Below are positions 24,601 to 37,593 of a DNA stretch of 64,000 nucleotides, one piece after another. The stretch covers positions 29,838,628-29,902,627 of the forward strand of contig OZ037767.1 of the NCBI GenBank assembly GCA_964035545.1. The letters are read 5' to 3'. Origin of the DNA: Bugula neritina. Its lineage: Eukaryota; Animalia; Bryozoa. The stretch's first letter is position 1. Each line of letters opens with the position of its first letter. The notes below the pieces were generated by a model, which saw nothing but the letters and a program-made list of their open reading frames with translations, searched no databases and had not been told where the DNA came from. Position numbers and translations under genes: made by a program.

Positions 24601-27600
24601 TCAGAAGTATGACATGTAATAAGCATTTAAGAACCAAGATCTGACGTATGGTGTTGCAACATCAGAAGAATTATAATCAGACTGCAGAAGATTATTTATA
24701 CAGTTACCATGACGACCTGTCTGGAGCAGTGTATCTCCAGCAGCTGATGTTATTCAATGCAATCTTCAGTGTATAAATTTGCATGCGAGAAGATTTTAAT
24801 GACTATTAGGTGACCGCTGCATAAATTTTTTACTTTTTTAAATAAAAGTATGGAAATCAAACTTCCTCTAGCTTTGCCATAGCAATCTTACTTCCTTTGT
24901 TCTTTTTCACACCACAATATTGTTTTATTTTTCCAGTTTTTACTCTCCAGTGAATTTTGTAAGGAAGTAGACATTTATCATTTCGCTTTGCCTATTCTTT
25001 CATCCACACTAAAGCCATTTATCTTTTAATTTTAAAATATAAAGACAAAAGAGATAGATTTTGAGCATCATAAATTTATTATCAGTATCTTTCCAAGTGG
25101 ATGCCTAAATTTATCTAGTTAAAAACCTCGTCTTTTTGCTCACCAGTTTGGAAATACTTAGAGAAAATAGCAAAACTTTTCACATTTTGTTATATTTATA
25201 GCTTTTGTTTTTAAAATCTATAGAGAAGCTTTTTTGCAATACGATAACCGAAGCCTAAAGCATTTATTACTTTAATGCGTAGGAGGCCCACCCATATAAT
25301 GACCATATTAATATTTCTTAAACTCATTGATGGCAGATGTATACAGTTAACGTTTCTTTCAAGTTCAAGATTTATAACAACTTTCGAGGTTTAAATAATG
25401 TTTGATAGTAAAACATCAAATTATTAAAAATCATCCAGAAATTAGTAAAGTTGATTTATAATAATTATATCATCTTTTATATCCATATTCTCAATTTACA
25501 AAAATTACGTAGGTAGTATAAAAATTATAATTATTAAATAGTGACTTATGAACATTAATTAGTTCAATAGTTTTCTAAAAGCTTAGATTGTTAATATAAA
25601 TTGGATTATTTAAAACTTTTTCAATAACTGTAACTATACATCATTTAATAATTAGATAGAAATAATACAGCAAAATGAAGATAGTTTTGTTGTAAATTTA
25701 TAGCTTCAATTAGTTTTGAAAAACAATTCGAATGTCAAGTTTATTGACGTCTTAAGCTGTATTTGATTCATACAGGCCATTATGGTGATTATGCAATACA
25801 TGCACAGTAGAGAATATATTTTGCAGTCAATTCAGATAAATTGATTTAGCTTTGGAAATAAATCGATTGCAAAACTTTAAATTGCTTACTCTCAAGTTTG
25901 CAATCTAAAAGTGGGTAAAATAAGTAGATGCGTGGTATGTGGGTGGTCAAACAGCATTTTATAGTTTAAAATGACCAGTTTTGTAACAATATACGTCTTT
26001 TGAAACGAAATTAAAAGCTTTTCAATGTCATATTAACATATTATAACAAGACAACTGAATTTTTATTTAATTTCAAAATTTAGGTATTTCTATAACCTAA
26101 ATTTTGAAATTAAATAAAAATTCAGTTGTATCGTTATCAATTTTTTTAACCTAAAAGTTTTAGTTTTAGTTATACTTTTACTAACATAAAATCATATTAA
26201 TAACAATTTGCAAAAATAAAAAAAAAACAAAATTTGTTTACCCAAATGTATGGTGAATTTACCAAACAAAAAGTATTTTACTGAATACTTTGTGGTTCAA
26301 CTCTTAATCTCACTACTTTACTCGCACTTCTAATAGTGGTCAGGAAAATATTTGTATGTAAACAATATGTTTAGTGCTAGCTATATAAAAGACATTTGAA
26401 ATTCTACTTATAGCAAATTAAGGTGAAACTTGGGCACATTGAACAATAATGAGTCGAAGAAATATTAGAACATTAAAATACAAGCACAGAAAGGGATAGC
26501 TACTACATGTAAAAACATTTGCCTTCATCAAGGATTGAATTTTGAGACCTTCAACTTGCAAGCCCATATGATACCCATTGTACATATTATAGATACTATA
26601 GGGGAATATTTATTTAATTCTACTACCACACTACCAACACATGTGCAACATTTTCCAATTAAATCAGTGCAATCATAAAAATGAAACCTGTAAGGTTTGA
26701 TTTATAGTTTTTGTGTCTTTCAGTCTGTCTTCAATGACTGATTACTTATGGGAGGTGATTACAGAGAGCATGTGGGCTTAATAGCCTATGATCTTATTAG
26801 AATGTTGGACACTACTGTCAAAGCCTGGTGATGGATTACTGAATAATTGAGTCAGATTATAATAAATAACTCGACTTAATTCAGCTTAACTGATAAAAAA
26901 GTTGTTTGTCATCTGAATAGATTCACTGGTTTTTTGCAGTGTATAGTTATCTAAAAATTGTACAGTTCACTCTAAGAGGGAAAAATGTTTTGAAACTGTT
27001 GATATTTGAATTAACTCACCTGTTGAAATTGCAGAATGTCACAGCTGGGAACTCAATTTTTTCCTTGTTGATTTTAGATATTTCTGTGGTGGTGAGAAAT
27101 TGATGGTACGTGTGAATGCTCTGATATATTTCATAAGTAACGTACACAAAGCAAGCTGAAACAAGAATAAAACCAAGGATACAAAACTGACCAAAAAAGA
27201 GTTAATGATTGCCACAGAACATTGCATAATAATTTTAATAAATATTGATATCATAAACATATTAGTAAGAATGTTAATTTCTCAAACTAAGTTGAAGGCA
27301 AGAACTTTGAAAATTTGTTTATTAGAAACAACTTTAAGGAAACAAAAACTGGTTTCCCATGTTTGAGGTGCAACCAGATGTTATAAGCATATCAAAGATA
27401 CAGATTGTGCTAGTTTTAACATAATTTTAGTTTGCATACATTTTAGAGTGATAGTAATTTTTGAATCTAGTTTTTAGTTGCCTGATTTGTGCAGCTTTTA
27501 CTTGCAAATGCTGTAAAAATTTACTATTTTCGGAGCATAAATGAATTTGTGCTGCTACTAACTTTTGTTTGACTTTCAAATGTTATGGTATTTTATAGCT

Positions 27601-27882
27601 TAATGATTGTCTAGATCAGTATTTAAAAAGCATGCAACGGAAATTTTTATTGATGTTTTCACCAAATTTTTTTTGTGTTCTGTTTGCAGAACATTTGATT
27701 TGATTTGTGACTGAAAATAAAGAGTTGATCATACCAGCTAGAACTACAATCCACACAGCTCTTTGTACTTTAGCAGTTGATATAATTCTTGCTACTCCAT
27801 GAGCTGATGTATTCTGTGCCCAATATAACTCATATATTTCTTCTTCTTCTGCAGTTTTCACCTCTTCTTCTTCTCGAGACAT
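9643..27882 (-). CDS. DEG/ENaC (ASIC-like) amiloride-sensitive channel subunit with inserted Sushi and pentraxin domains, ~884 aa
   Basis: Exons 27735-27882, 27020-27155, 23569-23708, 21802-22065, 19764-19943, 16004-16170, 15485-15499, 14787-14922, 13730-13918, 13080-13330, 12283-12438, 11713-11865, 11235-11439, 10660-10855, 10400-10491, 9643-9869. All phases match and the total is 2655 nt. Family motifs: NTSAHG, TM1, EFPAVTFCNFNR, LLHCKYRGKKC, YGNCYTFN, GLEIMLDIQ, PPWGKC, Cys-rich thumb (CQCKPYYFPG; CDCPIAC) and TM2 LLGSIGGHLGLFIGCSVLTAVEFLE. Confidence 0.93.
12517..12625 (+). mobile_element. Degenerate copy of the tRNA-derived SINE at 40009-40245
   Basis: Shares TCTAGGG..., CCTAGTAAACA.G.AGTCATG and AAAGGCCATTGGTGATGTT.GGAAGAGCAT.CAGTCATAAT with the reverse complement of ~40133-40244. 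Confidence 0.75.
13390..13660. repeat. Degenerate (ACT)n/(ATT)n simple repeat, intronic
   Basis: Runs of actactact/attactact; accounts for ORF 13426..13653. Confidence 0.7.
13730..19943 (-). other. Pentraxin (CRP/SAP-like, LamG fold) domain encoded by five exons inside the channel gene
   Basis: In order: MTLCFWVK...GTVLSYG, NSWYPVCLQY (cf. the WHHIC pentraxin signature), MKLYKY, and SEIANVNMWDRVLS...GNVYS (cf. CRP GDIGNVNMWDFVLS). Both canonical Cys are present. Confidence 0.85.
16171..16400. repeat. 20-bp minisatellite abutting the acceptor of a pentraxin exon
   Basis: Unit GGAATA(C/T)AACAGAACTGGT / GGAATACAACAGAACTTCT, ~11 copies. Confidence 0.9.
21570..21742. repeat. Degenerate minisatellite (GTGTCACCTTCACA-like), intronic
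   Basis: Repeated gtgtcacct(t/g)ca units. Confidence 0.7.
21802..22065 (-). other. Thr-rich linker plus Sushi/CCP domain exon (phase 1-1) of the channel gene
   Basis: ETTAAPIVTTTT-CMLP...EGSNITFYCEGNNFVPMDGALEQTCTENGTFSDQPPLC: four-Cys CCP spacing, with F in place of the usual W. Confidence 0.88.
26051..26129. repeat. Perfect 35-bp inverted repeat with a 9-nt spacer
   Basis: ACAACTGAATTTTTATTTAATTTCAAAATTTAGGT at 26051-26085 and its exact reverse complement at 26095-26129. Confidence 0.9.
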
Positions 27883-29271
27883 CTTCTCTCGCAACTAATT
27901 GTCAATCTTATGCTCACTAAAGTAGTTGCTAAAAGTTTACAGTTACTTAAAATCACACTTATGCGAGTTGATTGATCTATATATAACTTACAGCGTATTA
28001 GTTTGAAGATAGCCTGACTTGCTAACACGACCTCACTAGTCCAAGTGCTCTGGTGAAGGTAACAAATTACCTTTTTGAACTGCATCAGTGAATAATTGTG
28101 ATTAATTTATTTCTGCGATGCGATTAGCTTGTAAAATATGGGCATATATGTGCTACACATGACTAGCTTAAGTATGGAAGATAAAACACTGAACAAGACA
28201 CTAAGATTTGGCTATAGGAGCATGTTATATAAGAAAGTAGTTATATAAACAAGGATAGTAGCTGTAGTCTAGTAGAAAGAAGCTTAGTGTGACGCACTTG
28301 TACTAGCCTGGTGGTCCAACTCCTTTAGCAAGAGTTACTGGTGGTGGTGTGGAGATAGCACCCAGTAAAACAGCTGCTGCTATACTTAGAAGCTCTGTTT
28401 AAGAATAACTTTAAGCGAAACAAGTCTACGGCTTTGGAATAACTTACCAATCGACTCCCACAAAGAGTCTGTGTTATTTTAAGCAAGAAAACAAATTATC
28501 TATTAGACTATAGATATATATTCCACCATTTTATATAAAGTATATAATATACCTCAATCTGTTTACAGCAACTGTTTTAGGGTTTGTCCCATTGTCAGCA
28601 CAAAGTTCAGTGCCCCCATCTATGTGCAATGAAATAAACTTATGTTTTTACCAAAGCATATTAAAAAGGTGTGTCAATTGAAGCCAAAAAGCTCAAGTAA
28701 CTCTTAAAAATAGTAGCTTTGCACAATGCCCAGCAGCCTCAGTTCATAGCTATGGTTTGAGAGCAGAATTTTACTGCTAAGCATAAAATGAAAAGCCTTA
28801 TAAATCAATCAAGGTTATAGTGTATCACTAAAGAGTGCTCAAGTGTAAAGCTACATTGTAATGCAAAGCTAAAGTTTTGCTATTACCGTAATACATAAAA
28901 ATAGAAGTTACAAGATTTGTGTAAAACTAATCTTGAATGCATGCAATATTTCGAGTTTAGTATTTATTATATTAATATAAATGGCAGTTTGAAGATTATA
29001 AATTGAAATTGTATAAAATAACGTTGTTGTTGCACAAATATATAAAAAATCAAGCTATAATACTATTATATTAAAGCTTGTCTAAAAATAAAAATTTTGA
29101 ACTTGAATTTTCAAAGCAAAGCTTAATAGATCTTTTTGTAAGCTGCCTTACAATCACAGTGTGTAAAATTAAGGCTACTGTGATTGTGTCAAATGAGTAA
29201 TACAATATCAGATGATAATAAACAGCTTGAAAGTATTTATTTATAAATTTTCTGTTCCTAACAGCTATTTC

Positions 29272-32200
29272 TTAAAAATTCATCTTTGCTGAAGGTGCCA
29301 GCAATGTTACTGTTTCATAGCTGGGTAATGCATCATCTATGTTAGCAGGTGCTCTGTCTACTGGACTGGAAGGATAGAGAGAGCTATTGGCCATCACCTA
29401 CATGCAAAGTGAAACATAATTCAGTGTCATACAATCTTTGGGCTTCGTGACTGTATTATAGAACCTATGGCCGGGGATAAGCTAATAGGCCGTTAAACAG
29501 TAAACAAGGGAAACCAACTCCTAAACATATCAGAGTATACAATTGAGGAAGATAATTTAATGAATTTGGAGGCTTTCCTGGTAAAATTGATTAGAAAGTC
29601 AATAGCAAATAATAAATGTGTAGACAAATCTTACAACAAGATTTTATTAATAGCCGACATTATTGAACTTCTTACCTTTACAATTCATAAAAGGTAAATG
29701 TTGAATTGGTGCCAATAAACTAAAAGTTTTTAACCTGGCTTTTGAGAAACAAGGCTAAAACTATAGTCAAATCTTTGAGTACCATTCATAGCTGTTAACT
29801 CTTTTATTGCTAAAAGCTGTAAATCTACCAACCCTGTTATAAGCATGACAGTAAGCACTCTAAACATATGGAGTCCGAAAGCACCCATTAATACATCAAA
29901 TGTTTATACATACATCACTATACTGAGGTGGTAGAAAGGCAACTTCAGAGGGAATCTCCAGCACTGTTTCCTCTGGTGCAGAAGGTTGGCTCTCATTGGT
30001 TGAAGGAAGTAATGCTGGCATCGTGAGTGAATAGGAAGATGTATTGTCTCCATGAAGAGACTCAACGCTGTTGTAGCTGCGCTGACTAGATCGGGCATGG
30101 AATCGTAACTCCTCTATAGATTCATGCCGAGAAATGTTGTGCAATTCTCTTTCATCTAAGAATATTTTTAAATAATACTTTGGAATATTCGATATGCAAT
30201 TATTGGTCATTTTAATGTGATTCACAGCACATGGCCACTTACACGATGACTACTGATAACCAGTCTCTCTAGTTTTAACAACAAATCTCTAAGGCTATGT
30301 TAGAATGTGGACTAAAGTAGCACATACTATAGTTGTGTATATGCTATTCCTAAGTTTTATCACTTTAGTACTTAAACTTATGTGCTTTCCTCAAAATCGG
30401 TTTATCAATTTACCCAACAGTTACCCTTAATTATACGAAATTATGTACAATAACAATAATCAGCTTTGTATGCAATGTCTGCCATTTTATAGTTCTGCTC
30501 ATATTATTTATAATAATTAATTATAGACTTATGAGTTATTCTTAATACAATATAGTGAATATGTTATAAATAGGATTTTCTAATCAATACTTATTTTTAG
30601 GATTTAAAAAAAATAAGATTTTTTGCAAAAAGCTAATTAATTGCATTGCAAGACTAGTACAGCTACTGCCAATACAAATGTCAAAAATCATTGTAATATT
30701 TCAGATTCTTATAAACTCATTTCAATACAAAATTACAAAGTACTCTTCAAATATTTCTTTTTAAATTGTATGCCATTTCGCAAGTCTTCAATATTTTTCA
30801 ATTCTAGAGTTGGTTTGCTTACAGAGTATGCAATAAGTATAGACTTAAATCAACAGCCACAAGAAAGAGGGGCCCTTACCAGCAACGTTGTTGATTTCAT
30901 GATCAATCCTCTCAGAGCTCTTGCAATCCCAGCAGTGGTCAAAAGAGGAAGCGTTAGCGCTGATAACACAGGCTAATATTACTAACACAACCAGAATGAA
31001 GGCTCCTGCAATACCAATGGTTGGCAGAATTGATTCAACCTTTGACTCAGCCTTAGTGCTCTCAATCCTACAAATGTACAACCAGTATATATACATGTAA
31101 AATCAGTGTATATATATGTAAAATCAGTGTATATATATGTGCAATCAGTGTATATATATGTACGACAAGCGTAAAAATATATGCATGTGCAATCATTTTG
31201 TATATACATGTACAGTTAGTGAATGCACAAGTACAATTAGTGTATATATACATGTTAAATTAGTGTATATACATGCATGTACAATTATTGAACTATTGTA
31301 TACACATGTACACCTGGTGCATATACATGTACAACCAGTGTGTATTAATGTAAAACTATAATATGTGTACATACATACATGCTAAATTAGTGTATATATA
31401 TCTACGAATGCAAACTTGTAAAATTGTGTGATAACCACAGGCATACCATGTGTATGTTCCTGTAGTGACCTCAGCAGATGTAGATGGTGCTGCCGATGTT
31501 GACTCACAGCTCACTCCACAATTCAGCACTGATGTCCTGTAATCAAAACAGCAGTCGTCTCTCTCTTCAGCCACAGACCAGCAGTAAGACGTATATTTAC
31601 AGTAGAATCTCTCAATAGTAGCTGCATTTACTATAAGGTAATCAAATATGCTCTTGGACAATTCTAAATATCTAAATATCTTTTGCCAAGTCAATTGGCT
31701 TTAGCAAATAGCAGCACAAGGTCACACAACTTCTGTAAGAGTTATTTAGTTTAGCCTGAACTACTAATCAACTTATCAATAAGTTCAGCTGTGCTCGCAT
31801 AGATGAAAGTAGTTGAGGTTTCTTAGTATTAATCATGAATCACAGTCTTTCTAGTTGTGTGTGTGTGTTTCCTATATTAATAAGAGGTCAAGGCTAACAG
31901 CTCTATCTGTTAGTAAGAGATACATAGAACATGTAGCCTAATGCACGAGTATGGCAGAAGTTACATCGGCCTAAATTCACACACATCTATCAATATGATA
32001 TCTGTAGATAGTAAAGTACTCCAGGTAAAGGTTTTATTTACAGGTACAAACAATAAACAGGTTATTTCTAAAACAACTTGCCTAATAAAAATGTAAGTGT
32101 AAAATTAGCATGAATCTAGTTAAATAAAGATTCTTCAAGTTTTTCATGTTAGCTGAATGTACTCTTGCAGTTACTGGTAGCCATATTTAAAATCAGTAAG

Positions 32201-32347
32201 TTCAACTTGGTCAAGTAAATGAAACACAAAACCATCATTTTTTGTTTTCTAACAACCACAAGTTTAGAAAAGAGTTCTACTTTAGCTTGTTATGCCATGC
32301 CTACCTGCCAATAACAATATGGTGATGACGATAAGTCGTATGACCAT
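29272..32347 (-). CDS. Type-I membrane protein with a small 6-Cys ectodomain and a PY-motif tail (WBP1/VOPP1/Shisa-like architecture), ~260 aa
   Basis: Exons 32305-32347 (signal peptide MVIRLIVITILLLA), 31447-31630 (CKYTSYCWSVAEERDDCCFDYRTSVLNCGVSC plus S/T stalk), 30880-31067 (TM IGIAGAFILVVLVILACVI), 29914-30155 (LPPQY), 29272-29397 (LPSY, stop). 783 nt, phases consistent. Confidence 0.82.
31075..31400. repeat. AT-rich degenerate tandem repeat, intronic
   Basis: Units such as AATCAGTGTATATATATGT; source of several spurious ORFs. Confidence 0.7.
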
Positions 32348-33699
32348 GCTACTAAAACACTGCTTTGTAATAGACAGCACTGAGTCCAGTGGTAGCAGTT
32401 ATAACTAATGAATAGTCAAACTTAGTTTATCTTATAGCATAGTATTGATTATTGGAAAAGAGGTTATTGCGTAATTGTCAGAATGCTAGTCCCATAGTGC
32501 CCAGAAGTGTATTTCAATATAGACATCTTTTACTGTCAATAGCTACACTAGTTAAGCACTATAGCCACTATAAAAATAGAAGTTGTTTGAAACAAAATAA
32601 ACATGCTATAAATAGAAACTTATAATAGAATACATTATAGAATAATGTTGCAATAACAACTAAAGTTTATGTCTTGAAGTAAATTGAAATATTTTATTTA
32701 GAATATTATTATATAATTGAATGTTGGTGTATGTTCATATATTGCATTATAGCTTTGTTGTTATACAGGCTTTAAAAGAAAAAACTATGTATAGCTTGGA
32801 GATCAGAAAGCTGATGTTTTTTGCACATGTTGTTATATGCACTCTTTTTCTATGACTCAGTAACATGTTAAACGATCAATAAAACATATTCTCATAATAC
32901 TAGAGTACTTGTATATAATTAATTAGATTGCATACCAGTTGTAACACAGATGCAGTAGCTTTTTAGAAATGTTTAATTGTTATGCTCGTTTATAATTCTA
33001 GCTTTGAACACACAAAAATTGATATCTAATAATCACATTCATAGAAATTCAAGTATTTCATATATTTTGCTTAAATTGATATCTATAAATAATCATATTT
33101 ATAGAAATTCAAGTATTTGATATTTGCTATATGTAGAATTTAGGCTAGAATTATTAGGAGTCTGTTTTCAATTGAGTCTTTACATGCTTTGTGCTTCAAA
33201 TTAGTTTATTTTTCTACAGTTTATTGCAGATTAGAAGTGCTTCAACCAAGTGTTGAATAATTTACTATAATTAAATACATTTGAGCAATTAACTGAGACT
33301 ATATTTTTGGTAGCACATCAATAGACCAATTATTTCACTATACTTTTTATTGATAGAAAAGGCATTGCACATAGAAAACCAAAACAATATTTTAAATTGA
33401 AAACAAATATATAAAGTTGGGGCGCGTACACTAAAAAACAAATTACAGAATAATATTATAAAGTTTAAGATATATTGAACTTATAATTAGCTGATAACTA
33501 ATACCTCTGTTAGTTCATTAATACAAATTCTATGTGTAACAAACCACAAACAGCCTAAACCTTGTCAACTATACTACAGTTTGTAATAAACTGGCACAAC
33601 AGTGAACACTACTACTAAACATACAATATATCTAATTTGTTACGAGAGCCATGCACCCTACGCAGACAAGCTCAGTTTCATGCTTTCAAACATAACCTG

Positions 33700-36600
33700 T
33701 TAGCAGCTATTACTTGGGGCTTCCACCTTCATATAACATCTCTCAAACTTATCATTTTTCATGAGTTTTCCCTTGTTTCTGGTACTGTAGAACAGAATAC
33801 AGCCACCATCAGCAGTATAGCCAAAGCCAGAGCAATCATGTGGGTAGTCAGTACATAGAATACCACATTCACTAGCCATATTCTTAGCAGGGACGCGCAG
33901 GGCTTTCCTTAAAAGCCGACCAAACCTCAAGCCTGTTTGAGGGTTAAAGTGGCACCTTTCAATGGTCATGAATCTGTATCTTATCATATTTAAATGGTTG
34001 ACTTCACTTCCAGCTGGGTTGTTGGGTGGACTGGGAGCAGTTGAAGATACTGTAGGCAAAACATCAGTTCCAGGAGGAGGAGGGGTTAAAATGGGTTCTT
34101 CCATTTGTTCTTCTGCTTTTTCTTCCTTGATTGTTATGTCATTAGCGTCTAAACAAAACAGAGATGGTGGCTAACTGTAACTTTCTATTAAGTGTAATCT
34201 TATAGTAATGGCAAGTAGCATATATTCAAAGCGGTGTTACTTAAATTAGATGAAACAAAAGGAAACTTATTCAGTTTTTTAATCAGGCTATAGGAATGAA
34301 TTTCATTTACCAAATAATTGGACACATTGGCCATCTGTTACAGCAATAGCTCCAGCCCCAGCGACAGCTTCTAAAGCTGCTTCAGGGTCTATCTCACATT
34401 CTTTGACGCCACACGAGTCTTGTTCAATCAAGTGCATGTCACAATAAATTACATCGTCAACAAACAAAATGCAGAGTTGAGATTGGATTGAAGCTGTTTT
34501 TCCAACAAAAATTACACCCTTCTCGGTCACAGTGCAGCTTTTCAACTCCAAATATCTATACTTTGTAGGGTCTAAAATTAGCAGACACAGCAAATTACTA
34601 CATTTGTTTTGTAAAGTTAAAACTTTTCAAGAATTTTGAGTAAATGCAGAGATTGCTTGAAATTGATAAGTTAAAAATTAGTTATCTAAAAGCCATTCAC
34701 TGCCACTTTTGTTTCAAAGAAACAAAGTCTCTAACTTTCTAGTAACCGTCTTGTGATAAAGCATAAAAAAGATCAGTTACAAGAGAGAGTCAAGGTTTTA
34801 TACTGCATGTTAATAGTTTAAAGGAAAGTTGCTAGAAATTTTAGCGGATCATTGTACAGTGGTCAAATTGTAGCTAGCTAGCACGTACTTTTGGGTTGTA
34901 ATGAAAAAGTTAATTGTCAACCATTTATAGAATAATCCGTGCCAGACTATATATACTTATAGGTAATAACAATTTCTAGTCTAATGCTTTAAAAAGCAAA
35001 AATAAAATTATTTGAAAAATAGCTTGAATACCACAAAGTAGCCTAGGTTAAGAGAGTTGAACTGTTTAACTCCTTTGCTGTTAATAACTGTTATGAATTA
35101 TTATGAGCTTTTAAATTCTATTTATAGGCTTTACATATTTTAGTTGTTAAAATTTCACCTTGATACTTGAAAATACGGGTATCCCCCATGCTCAGTCTCG
35201 TATTTCCATTGGAATGAGGAGTCAGGTGACCATAAATGAACTTGATATAATCAGACTCCAGCTTAGCTCCAATGATATCTCCAGTGTTTGTTGCCAACAA
35301 ACAGACATCATTGGGAAAGTCTGACTTGACTTCAAGCTTCTCTGAGTTTCTCAAGTCGTAAAACATAAGCAGTAAAGTATTCTCTGCTCCTTCAGCGGTC
35401 AACACCATGTGACTAGAATTGTAGTTGATTAGCTAAAATTGTCAATGGTTCAGTGAATATAATAATGGTTAATAGGATTATAAATGTTATCTTAATATAA
35501 ACCAAGCAATATGCTAGCTCTATCACTATTTGTTTGCCTCATAGAACATATGAAGTAGCTGCCTAGAGATTTCAACCTGAATCCATCAAGTGAACGAGAA
35601 ACTAGATAATGGAAAGTCTGTTCAATCCGGGGTTAAATTTAAGCAATCATATCTGCTACAGGCACGCTTGTTTTATTATTGTTTTAAAGCTGTGGTGCAA
35701 TATTCTTGTCTTTTGGAAATGTTTAAATGTGTTAAAAGATTAGCCTTCAGTCAGCTTTAACCATTATGACTACCAATTTTGATTTTGTATCATTTAATTT
35801 TGGCTAGCACTGCATCTTTTTTTAAAAAATGCTATAATTAAACAAAGAAGATGAACTTATCTGTTACCCAATTTTAGTTCAAACTATCAATGTCAGCTGC
35901 TATGTTAGCACTGACAGCTACTTTACTTTATTTAACATTCTTGTGTTTTTTAAGTCTATGGCAGTCATGACTTGAAAGCGTCCAGCTAAATCTACTGGTT
36001 TCATCCTTTTTTTTATTTTGCGTGGTACCATATATAGTAATATACCTATATATCCCTATATTACTGCGGTATTGATTGCTAAATAGCTAATATGCTAATA
36101 GCTATGATAGCTAATATAAATTATCTGGAATAATATTCCAATGTTCACAAAGTTGTGCGAGACAAAAAAGCCAGTAATACAATTATAATAGACCTTATAT
36201 TTAATGAATACTTATTAACAAAATATTTTTTCAAGCAACAAGAAGTATAGAAGATGCAAGATTAATAAGTTAATGCAGATCAAAGAAATGTAGTTATGTG
36301 CTAAATAACAAGCAATTGATCCAAGTTTATTTAAAAATGCATATATTTCAATAATATTCAAATAAATTGCACATAAAATATGTATTGTACCAAAATAAAT
36401 AAATAGCTTTTAATAGAAATTTTGATGTGAGTTTATTTAACTTACTTGGGAAATTTCTTTCACAGAGAATTTGTCCATAACAGTAGCTGATACACCATCC
36501 ACACCTTGAATATTCACCAGTATTAGTTGGCCACGGTTATCCAATAAGGTAACTGCTGTAGAGTTTATCATTGCCAGTTTTCTATAACCTTAAAAGTAGT

Positions 36601-37593
36601 ATTAACTTTGTTTTTAAGAAAATTCAAATTCTGTTAACAAGTAAAAACATAATAGACACAATATAAAATTTGAGTCATTCAGCCATATTTGAAAAAGTTC
36701 AAAATGAATATTCTAACAAATTAAAGACAAGCTATATGCACATACCACAGTCTAAGAACTGGCATAAATTATTGCCAAGTATAATGTGACAGCTTTTATC
36801 ATCTTTTTCTCTCTTAAAGCAACTCCAGAGTTTTTCTTTGGACACTAACAGAGTCATGTCCTCAAGCAGAGCTAGGTCATCCACTTCTTTAGCAAAGTTG
36901 AAGGAGGAGAGTGCAGCACAAGTATTACTCACAGCATCCGAGGAAAGCCCAGCATGTCCAGGTTCACCATCTGAATTTCTTTGTTGAAGGGGTGGTATCC
37001 CAACTTAAAAATAAATCACAGCATCTTTGAGCAGTTTAGGGAAACACAAACTTTATCTATTTATTTAAGATATACAATAGAAACTGCTTTATTTATACCT
37101 CCCAACGTAGCTTGAAGACGTAATGTACTTAATATATTTTCATTTTGCATTACATCATTGATTTGAAACATTGTTTTATTGCCGTTGCAAAGAATGGAAG
37201 GCAGTTAAATTGAAACAATTCACACATTGTTGAAACTAAGTTGATCATCTTCACTTATATTAAAAATTGGCAGTTCTTTTGTTCGAATAGTACTTAATAG
37301 TTAATGTTCTAGGTTTTATATATTAGTACATATAGTTTCAAAAAAGACTTTCAGTCCATGGTATATTTATAGTTGACTGTTAATTAAATGAGTATATTAC
37401 AAACTTATTTCTTAATAACGCTTTTAGTGCTACCTGATGTATTACACACATTTCAAAAAATTATGTAAATAAAACTTTATTATTTTATGTTTTTCTATTT
37501 CATTCTCAAGTATTTTAACTCACCTGCCCTGCAAGTCAGAAAGGATGTCACCTCTATAACAAGAAAAACATTTATTAGTTTAGTTAGCTTCAT
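33700..37593 (-). CDS. Secreted protein with a beta-propeller (NHL-like) region, Pro/Thr linker and C-terminal PAN/Apple domain, ~473 aa
   Basis: Exons 37524-37593 (signal peptide), 36746-36970, 36446-36588, 35159-35432, 34311-34571, 33700-34148; 1422 nt in phase. PAN motif ECGILCTDYPHDCSGFGYTADGGCILF; NHL-like terminal strands GAIAVTDGQCVQLF. The propeller call is inference. Confidence 0.78.

Noticed and set aside
26520-26590. tRNA-like sequence on the minus strand
   Set aside because: Too degenerate to fold as a tRNA; at most an old SINE head.
27039-27260. 73-aa hydrophobic ORF as the TM1 exon
   Set aside because: Wrong frame; the real exon 27020-27155 reads ACFVYVTYEIYQ...EFPAVTFCNFNR in another frame.
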